DNA of 64,000 bases from Nitrospirota bacterium (GTDB lineage Bacteria > Nitrospirota > UBA9217). The notes beneath the pieces are model-generated. The model was not told the origin of the DNA. It ran no database searches and worked only from the letters and a program-made list of their open reading frames with translations. The position numbers and the translations under genes were made by a program. This document shows, piece by piece, positions 62,953 through 64,000 of this stretch. The stretch covers positions 1,664,001 through 1,728,000 of the forward strand of contig CAWFSF010000006.1 of NCBI GenBank assembly GCA_963818475.1. The letters run 5' to 3'. Every line of letters begins with the position of its first letter. The first letter of the stretch is position 1.

Positions 62953-63373
62953 TTAATGTCCGCCGACCTTCAACAGGCCGCTTGCTGCAAGCGAAAGCAC
63001 CAGGATCTCGACGATCGCGATAACAACATAGGCGGTATCCTTCTTCCTGATACAGGATGGGCAGAATGACCGCGTAGCACAGAATGGTCAGGCCCGAAAG
63101 CATCGCAATGCCGATAAAATTCAGGTAATCGCCCTTCCCGACCAGCGGCGCCCAGCCCCAGCCGGTCGGCGCGTTGAGCGCCACATTGAAATCATGGACC
63201 CGCATGGTCCAGTATTTCGGCAGGTCATCGATCGGCACAAAGCTCGGGAGCACCCCCGATACATACACAAAGAAGGTTACCACCATGACCGCGAGCCCCA
63301 GCCACATCCCGATATTCAAAACGCTTGCATATGCCATCTGTTCTTCAGATGCTTGGGTTTTTAAGTTCGACAT
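62953..63373 (-). CDS. DUF1634-like membrane protein (frameshift ~63050)
   Basis: EQMAYASVL..G, PTGWGW, GDYLNF.GIA.L; the tail LSLAASGLLKVGGH* is in a shifted frame. Usual partner of TauE genes. Confidence 0.75.
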
Positions 63374-63385
63374 TGTATATCCCTC

Positions 63386-64000
63386 CTATTTCCAGATTCC
63401 GAGTCCCTTGAGCAGGGACCTGAGTCCTGCGAAGAGCAGGAGACCGATGACCATCCATTTGATGGCCTTTGGCTTCGACTTGGCGAGGATCTTCACGCCG
63501 ATCATCGAGCCGAGCATGATGCCCACCAGCGACGGCACCACGATCATGGGCAGCACGGCGCCCTGGTTCAGGTAGACCCAGGCGGCCGAGGTGTCGGTGA
63601 TCGAGAGCAGGAACTTGCTCGTTGCCACCGAGATCTTGAGCGGCGCGCCCATCAGCAGGTTCAGCACCGGCACGTTCGCCCATCCGGCGCCGAGGCCGAA
63701 CATGCCTGCCATGATGCCGATCACGACGAACAGGGCCAGGCCCATCGGCGTCTTATGAACATTCCACTCCACATCCTTGCCGAGCGACTCTTCGCGGTAG
63801 ATGCCCATGATCCCGAGGCTCTGCGACAGCGCATCCGGCTTCGGCACCACGGGGAAATCCGATTTCTTGGCCGTTGCCATGATGACCACGATGAACAGGA
63901 TGGTGGCGCCAAGAAGGGTGTTGATCACATTAGCCGAGAGCGCGAGGCCGATCATGGCGCCGACGATCGCGGCTGACGAGGCGATGAGCGCAACGGGAAG
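63386..64000 (-). CDS. TauE/SafE-family sulfite exporter (partial, runs off window)
   Basis: AGMFGLGAGWANVPVLNLLMGAPLKISVATS, multiple TM helices. Confidence 0.88.
   Translation of the reverse strand, partial: LPVALIASSAAIVGAMIGLALSANVINTLLGATILFIVVIMATAKKSDFPVVPKPDALSQSLGIMGIYREESLGKDVEWNVHKTPMGLALFVVIGIMAGMFGLGAGWANVPVLNLLMGAPLKISVATSKFLLSITDTSAAWVYLNQGAVLPMIVVPSLVGIMLGSMIGVKILAKSKPKAIKWMVIGLLLFAGLRSLLKGLGIWK

Overview
64 kb of a GC-rich bacterial chromosome, probably an anaerobic Nitrospirota/Desulfobacterota-like organism (inferred from gene content only). Many genes, including carB, are broken by single-base frameshifts, which is what uncorrected long-read indels look like. Several proteins were therefore reconstructed across frames by eye. 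Layout: (1) 1-7.3 kb: the start of a sigma54-driven cytochrome c gene, a secreted DUF1566/RCC1 protein, and a compact operon that is the most unusual thing in the window. It encodes one protein joining a FliF-type ring domain, a transmembrane helix and FliG middle/C-terminal domains, then MotA, two different MotB proteins (one lacking the essential Asp) and a periplasmic TPR protein, with no flagellar export, rod or switch genes in the window. (2) 7.3-22.3 kb: a PyrR-attenuated pyrimidine operon (pyrR, pyrB, pyrC, carA, carB, greA, pyrK, pyrD) ending in a heme-c sensor kinase/NtrC pair. (3) 22.5-28 kb: assorted small genes. (4) 28-55.5 kb: three complete paralogous hydrogenase-4-like (Ehr) operons whose large subunits all lack the NiFe cysteines. 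They surround a MarR gene and are interrupted by a VapBC module, a four-helix-bundle gene and an IS1202-family element with a 16-bp target duplication. (5) 56-64 kb: a B12 radical SAM protein, two low-GC cassette-like genes with attC-like sites, a receiver-PilZ protein, an IPT/TIG lipoprotein and a TauE/DUF1634 pair. Intergenic regions are crowded with several families of inverted short tandem repeats, REP-like elements and a MITE-like element. No rRNA, tRNA or CRISPR array was seen.
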